A stretch of DNA of 63,449 bases, filler included. It is 8 parts of 8 records of this genome, joined end to end, with 100 filler letters (N's around TTAATTAATTAA, not from the genome) between each part and the next. Parts side by side here need not be neighbours in the genome. Positions count along the whole stretch, not along the records: positions 49,526 to 59,714 come from SRR7504441_5475; positions 59,815 to 63,449 come from SRR7504441_5482; 6 more parts are not named here. One strand, 5' to 3'. The translations under genes and the position numbers were made by a program. This document shows positions 58,201 through 63,449 of the stretch, piece after piece. The notes under the pieces are model-generated. The model was given only the letters and a program-made list of their open reading frames with translations. It did not search any database and was not told the origin of the DNA. How positions within the stretch are numbered: the first letter of the stretch is position 1; each line of letters begins with the position of its first letter.

Positions 58201-59047
58201 GGCGAAGTTGGTTGGAGCGAAGTCGCCATACCCGACGGTACTCAGAGAGACCACAATAAAATAGACCGAATTATGAAAATTCCAGTCCTCGTCTCCGGGA
58301 CCGCTGCTCTCCGCTTCCATGATACACCCCGCCGAGATGAAAATCAGTGAGATGATAGTCAAAACCAGCGTTATCACCCCGCGCTGGACTTCGGTTTTGG
58401 CCAGGGCCATTACTCGGTAGCTTCGGAGCACGCGAAGGAGCCTCAGGATCCGGATGAAGCGAGCAATCCTGAGGAACCCGACATCTGTCGAGTCGGTGTT
58501 GAGGGCGACCTCGACGTAGAACGGCACAATTGAGAGGAAGTCAATCATTGCAAACACGGAGAAGAAGTACTCGAGCTTGTCGTCCGCGATGTAGAAGCGC
58601 ATGATGTAGTCAACCGCGAAGATGGCGGTCAACACCTGCTCTGCCACCCCGATCCAGTCCGGCTTCGGATCGTAGTAGGTAGCGGCCACGTACAGCCCGG
58701 CGGCCACAAGGCTCAGCACCACCTGGATCACGTCCATTAACACTGCCCCCCGGCCATCAGCCCAGCCCCCGGGCCCGGCCCACCCAGTGTACCCGAGCTC
58801 TCCAGCCAGTAGGCCAGCACCTCCTGCACCGCCCGCTCGGCCTGGCTCGGGGGGCCGGCACCCGGGTGTCTTGCACAGGGAAGGAGAAGATGTCCAGCTG
58901 GTGCGAGTGGTGCTCGCCCTGCTGCCTGGGTTGGGGGGCACGCCTGTTGGCCGCGGGCCGCAGCATCGGTAGCCCCCGCGGCCTCGGTGGCGGCTTGTGC
59001 CGCAGCGGGTTGAGCTCGGCGTGCACCGTCCCGCTCTCGTCGGCCAT
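55270..59047 (-). CDS. Slo-family (BK/KCNT-like) RCK-domain potassium channel
   Basis: S4 FLRIARFIRILRLLRVLR, pore SLSTVGYGDFAP, RCK segments AVFILAN, LAQGVITPGLIPLIGNL and GGVYPGSFLDTLVCQA; stop is 55320 or 55270 depending on splicing of 55306-55343. Confidence 0.88.
55295..55370. repeat. 38-bp tandem duplication with 1 mismatch
   Basis: TGTTGTTTCACCT(T/C)GCCGATCGGGTTTAAAGCCACACT at 55295-55332 and 55333-55370. Confidence 0.9.
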
Positions 59048-59159
59048 CCGGGTCGCGTCAGCCTGCTGTTCTTGCCATCTTCAGCCTTGCTTAGAAATAA
59101 GTCGAATCCCAACCGACACGGGCACAGTCGGACGTCCAACGCATCTCACTTGAGAGATC

Positions 59160-59714
59160 ATGGGCGCCAGGCCGGTCTGGCTGCTCCTGGTGGCGCTCGG
59201 CTGGGTGGCCAGTGTTGGCGGGGCGAGCCCTGCCGACCCAGCCGAGCGGGAACGCCCCGGCCGAGCTGAGCCGGTGCGAGTGCGGCTCGGCCAGGCGGCT
59301 GCGCAAACCCTCGGGCGCCGCAAATCCAGAGGCGCGGGCCGAGAGGTGCGATGCAGCCGCCGCACCCAGAGGTGCCGGTGCATCTCGCCGCCGTGCGTGG
59401 CCCGGTGCTATGGGCGCCACAGCTGCAGCGGGTTTGTGTTCGAGGGAATCCGCCAGGTGCAGTGCAGAGGGCAGCATTCGTGCCAGAAAGCCAAGGTCAG
59501 ACGTTCGAAGGCCGGGGGGGCCGTGTCACGGGTAATGTGTGGTGGCCACTGGTCGTGCGAACAGATGGTGGTCCGCGACACAGCTGAGGTGTGCCCCATT
59601 CTAGCCCGATGAGCCTGCTCTATTTCCAAACGACAGGAGGCCGCTAACCCTAACGTGTCAGGTGCACTGCGGACACAGGGGAGCCTGCAGTCGGATCCGA
59701 GTGCATGGACTCCC
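59160..59714 (+). CDS. secreted protein with CxGxxSC repeats, 3' partial
   Basis: Signal peptide MGARPVWLLLVALGWVASVGG; repeats CYGRHSC, CRGQHSC, CGGHWSC and, after an intron, CGHRGAC. Confidence 0.6.
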
Positions 59715-59846
59715 NNNNNNNNNNNNNNNNNNNNNNNNNNNNNNNNNNNNNNNNNNNNTTAATTAATTAANNNNNNNNNNNNNNNNNNNNNNNNNNNNNN
59801 NNNNNNNNNNNNNNGCGATCTGACCTAGCTATTACTAGCTATACTA

Positions 59847-60875
59847 CTAAAGCCGGGCAGAGGCTTCGAACAAGTTCTTCGGTATGCCAGCCTTCGCCAA
59901 CGCTTTGCCCACAAACATTTGATCTTCGCCGCTCAACGCGGCATACTCGCGCTGCAGCTTGTGCCAGCACATGGACTGGTACTTGAAGCTCGGCTGGCTG
60001 TGCTCCGCTTGCCCTTGAAACAGCGTTACACTCACTTGTCCCCCCCCGCTCGCCACCGCTGCGTTGTTAGCCCTCATGAATGGAACGTAGGTCATCCCAG
60101 CCAACCGAAGCAGTCCAGCAGCCCCTGTAGTGAGCTTGGGCTCGCATTCCAACGGCTCGTACCCCGAGAGGTCATCGACCCGCCATGTCCAGCCCCAGGC
60201 CGCCGGGTGCTTATGCATGACTGTGGAAGGCCTCGGGTCAGCCGCCCATTGCCGCATCTGTCCGAACAGAGCGAAATCGGCTACAGAGGGCGACCCACCA
60301 AACAGAAACGGGTTGCCCTCGGCGAGCATCGCCTCGATCGCCCGGCACACCTCTGTTATGGTTCTTTCCATCACCGCCCAGTCCTCGCACCCAACCAGCT
60401 CCCGCCGCCCGCGCTGCCTTTGGGCGAACGCTTGGGCCGCCGCCGGGGCGTTAGCGTTCTGTGCAATGGCGGCGCTGGAAAGAATCTGCCAGGCCGCCCC
60501 GAACTGGGCGTCCCACTCTGTGTGAAACCGGCCGCCGAACATCGGCTTGGTGCACCACTCGTCGGCAAAGTCCTCCAGCAGCAACTGTAGGAACCGGAGC
60601 CCGCCGCCCGCCGGGAGGCAGCCCCGGCCCGTGTGCTCGCGCTCGAGCTCCTGGATCAGCGGCGTCGAGTCATTGGCGTACGTGCCGTCTGGGCGGACCA
60701 GCACCGGGATCACCTTGGCGCGCAGCTGGGGGAACCGGCTCTTCCAGTCTATCCCGGGCCCGCGGTCGGACATGGACTCCCATACAAAGGGCAGCCGGCG
60801 GAAGCGCAGGTAGGCGCGCAGCTTGCACGAGTACGGCGAGCCATCTCCCCCGACCAAGGTGTAGTAGTGCTCCAT
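59847..60875 (-). CDS. glutathione S-transferase-like protein (bacterial-type subfamily)
   Basis: SPYSCKLRAYLR, VIPVL...DSTPLI, LLEDFADEW, FLFGGSPSVADFALFGQ; ends ARL (possible PTS1). Confidence 0.82.
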   Translation of the reverse strand: MEHYYTLVGGDGSPYSCKLRAYLRFRRLPFVWESMSDRGPGIDWKSRFPQLRAKVIPVLVRPDGTYANDSTPLIQELEREHTGRGCLPAGGGLRFLQLLLEDFADEWCTKPMFGGRFHTEWDAQFGAAWQILSSAAIAQNANAPAAAQAFAQRQRGRRELVGCEDWAVMERTITEVCRAIEAMLAEGNPFLFGGSPSVADFALFGQMRQWAADPRPSTVMHKHPAAWGWTWRVDDLSGYEPLECEPKLTTGAAGLLRLAGMTYVPFMRANNAAVASGGGQVSVTLFQGQAEHSQPSFKYQSMCWHKLQREYAALSGEDQMFVGKALAKAGIPKNLFEASARL

Positions 60876-60921
60876 GGGCTTCGTCACGGCGAGCTCCGGA
60901 GCTCCGGTATTGGCCGAGAAG

Positions 60922-60929
60922 TGCCGTTA
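60922..60929 (+). promoter_or_regulatory. Myb-like promoter element TGCCGTTA
   Basis: Between divergent ATGs 60875 and 60965. Confidence 0.55.
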
Positions 60930-60964
60930 AAAAGTTCAGTTTGAGCCGCCCCTCTCTGCACGAG

Positions 60965-62884
60965 ATGAGTTGTCTTTGCGACGGCGCCCGGGAGCACGTG
61001 CAGGCCCCGGAGGCGGAGCCGGCTGCCAAGCGGCGGGCCGACTCGCAGGTCTTCTCCCGCGAGCCGATCCTGGCCCGTCACGCCGGGCTAGACGGCGGTC
61101 TGGCCGCGTCGGAGGTGCTGCGCTGGATCGACATCTTCGCCTGCATCTCCGCCGAGCGGCACTCTGGGCACGAGTGCGTCACCGCCTGCATGGACGACAT
61201 CACCTTCTGCGCTCCGGTGAACGTCGGCGACACGCTGTCGTTCGCCTCGTCGGTGGGTGCCCCCGGTGGGCAATCGCGGAGCGGGGATGCAGGTGAACGC
61301 CGCCTGGAACTCTTGCATGGAGGTCGGGGTCCGGGTGCTGATCCACAACCCGGACGCGGCGGCTCAGCCGGTGCTCTGCTGCAAGTGCACCTCCACCTTC
61401 GTGATCAAGCGCAAGCCTGACGGGCTGCGGCCGAAGATGCCCAAGTTACTCTCCGAGGACCCCGAGGCAATGGCCGAGAAGGCGGCCGCAGAAGCCCGGA
61501 GGGCCGCCAAGATCGCCGAGCGCAAGGCGGGGAGCGGGCCGGAGCACGAGCCGGAGCCGGGGGCGGTGATGCGGATCAGCAGTCCGCGCGGGACGGGAGT
61601 GTTCAAACAGCCATCTGCGTCGGCTGTTACGCTGACACGGCTCGTGCTGCCCCAGCACTGCAACCACATGGGCTCCACGTTTGGGGGGAACGTGATGGCC
61701 TGGGCCGAGCAGTGCGCCCACCTGGCCGCCCGGACCCATTGCGCGCACTCGGTGGTTTGTGCGAGTGTGGACGTGGTCAATTTCGTCGCTCCGTCCACTG
61801 TTGGCCACACGCTGGTGTTCCTCGCGTGCGTCAACCGATCGTGGACAAGCAGCCTGGAGGTTGGGGTCAGGGTGCTCGCCGAGAGCCCCGCAAGTCGAGG
61901 CGTAGAACCCGAACTCATCTGCAAGGTGCCCAGCTCTGGCTTCTCTGCGAGCCTGACCCAATCCAGACCTACCTCACATATGTGACCACCCGGCCAACCG
62001 ACTCGAGCAAGCCCCGACCAAGCATCCCTGCAGTCCGCTGCTCGGAGCCGCACGAGCACAAGCGATACCAGGCCGCGCTGTCCCGGGTGCGTGCTGGCCT
62101 GAGTCGCTGCTGGCTAACTGACTGCTGGCAGCGAGTGCGCCGGCTGGAACGGAAGGTGTTGGAGACACCGCCGAGCATGTTTACGTCAGCAGTGAGTCTC
62201 GATGAGTCCTGCGCTGACTCGATGGTCAACAACCTCGTGGCGCTATGCACAGCGGCCGGTAATTGGGACAGATTGCAGGGCGACACAAGGCTGCGAATCC
62301 ACGGACAGGAGGGCAGCGAGGTGACTTGTCTCTTCCTCGAATTCCACCTGGACGCCGAGCCGAATGAGGTCGCAGAGTACATTGCTGACACTGATCGGCG
62401 GTCCGAGTGGGAGCAGCTGGTACAGCGCTGCACAGTGGTACCAGTTAAAGGTGTCAGCTCCGAGATGGATCTTGTGCATTTAGAGTACAAAGAGGTGGAC
62501 TTTTGCCTGCTCAGAGCGATCCGCCGGATGCCGGATGGCACGACTGTGATTTCGAGCCGCTCTGTGGTGCATCCATCCGTCCCTCCAAGCAGCAAGCTGC
62601 GCCGGGGCGAGGTGCACCCTTCGGGGTGGGTGATTGAACCGCTGTGCACCGAGGCGCACGGCTCAGGCAGCCTGGTCAAGTTCGCTTTGCAGATGGGCCC
62701 TGGCGCGTTGCAGCTGGCAGTTGACGACAGGATGGCTGGGCTTCAGTGCTCGCTGCTCAATTTGATTGACAAGTACAATCATCAGGCAGATGGGGAGCAA
62801 GCTCAGAAAGGCCGGCCCGGGCGGTTGAGCATCGAAGACATGACCCCCCGTGCTTATGCGCAATTCTATTCCCAACGTTTCTAG
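60965..62884 (+). CDS. acyl-CoA thioesterase, hotdog-hotdog-START architecture (ACOT11/12-like)
   Basis: First hotdog VLRWIDIFACISAERHS...VNAAWNSCMEVG, second LVLPQHCNHMGSTFGGNVMAW...VNRSWTSSLEVG, START domain RRSEWE...DFCLLR...SRSVVHPSVPP...RGEVHPSGWVIEP. Confidence 0.88.
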
Positions 62885-62955
62885 GCTATAAATGTACATA
62901 ACAAATGTTACATGTACTTGAATCTCTGTATGTTATCTCTATGTACAGTACGGTG

Positions 62956-63449
62956 CTAGCAAGCATTTGATAGTACGGTGCTAGCAACAAGAGGTCCGTT
63001 GCCAAGCTTTTGACAGCATTGCTTCTTCTCAATGTTCGACATCCCGGAGAAAAACGCCTGGCTCACCGGCGCTGTGAACTTCGAAGGCGTCCAGAAATTT
63101 TCAGAACTCCACACAGCATCCTCGCAGGCCAGGTACCTGACCTTTGGCGATGTCGCCTTCAAAAGCTTCACCACGCCTGCCCCGGCGGGCGTCTTGTAAA
63201 GCTGTTGTAAAAACTGCTGAAGCGCGAGTGGGTACTCCTGTGAGCCCGCTGCTTCGAGAACACGAAGGACATCAGGAGGTGGATTCTTATCGCACGAACC
63301 ATCTGGATACTTGAAGCCTACCGTACCATCCAGGAGGATACAGCCGGCTCCGTAGCGCGACCCGATGTCCTGTCCTAGCGACCCGATGTCCAAAGCCGCG
63401 TGCGCCGGAGTGGCCTGCACGACGGGCTCAGACCCGGGCTCGGGCCGAG
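62956..63449 (-). CDS. hypothetical protein, 5' partial
   Basis: Open frame of more than 150 codons ending TAG in the AT-rich convergent spacer. Confidence 0.45.
   Translation of the reverse strand, partial: RPEPGSEPVVQATPAHAALDIGSLGQDIGSRYGAGCILLDGTVGFKYPDGSCDKNPPPDVLRVLEAAGSQEYPLALQQFLQQLYKTPAGAGVVKLLKATSPKVRYLACEDAVWSSENFWTPSKFTAPVSQAFFSGMSNIEKKQCCQKLGNGPLVASTVLSNAC

Overview
Eukaryotic (protist-type, GC-rich, very gene-dense) genomic DNA. The window is eight unrelated contigs joined by artificial 100-bp N-TTAATTAATTAA-N spacers, so synteny holds only within each contig. It contains about 33 protein-coding genes or gene fragments in the standard code. Many are split by tiny (~36-46 nt) spliceosomal introns with degenerate donors, at least seven GC-AG introns, and G-rich rather than pyrimidine-rich 3' ends. 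The main finding is a selenoprotein gene that the ORF track breaks up (26726-28707, minus strand). After removing a 38-nt intron, the frame reads ...VVAGLAD-TGA-GSCTTC..., the prokaryotic UGSC selenoprotein motif. This domain is fused to a bacterial-type DGLPLVPPT domain carrying a hydrophobic insert, ends in a possible second C-S-T-TGA(Sec)-H-TAG motif, and is followed by a textbook eukaryotic SECIS hairpin (26641-26701). Window-wide, genes sit in head-to-head pairs with only 56-154 bp between start codons, and almost every such spacer carries a Myb-like (G)CCGTTR element. Other points: a 38-bp tandem duplication that creates a potential GT-AG intron in a Slo-family channel gene, a divergent GH28/signal-peptide aldo-keto reductase pair, a gp53/H-lectin-like domain fused to a long EF-hand array, a membrane-anchored chlamydial-like M16 protease, and an ankyrin pseudokinase. 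Family assignments come from motif recognition by eye; no database search was run, and all introns are manual reconstructions. The taxon cannot be determined from this window.
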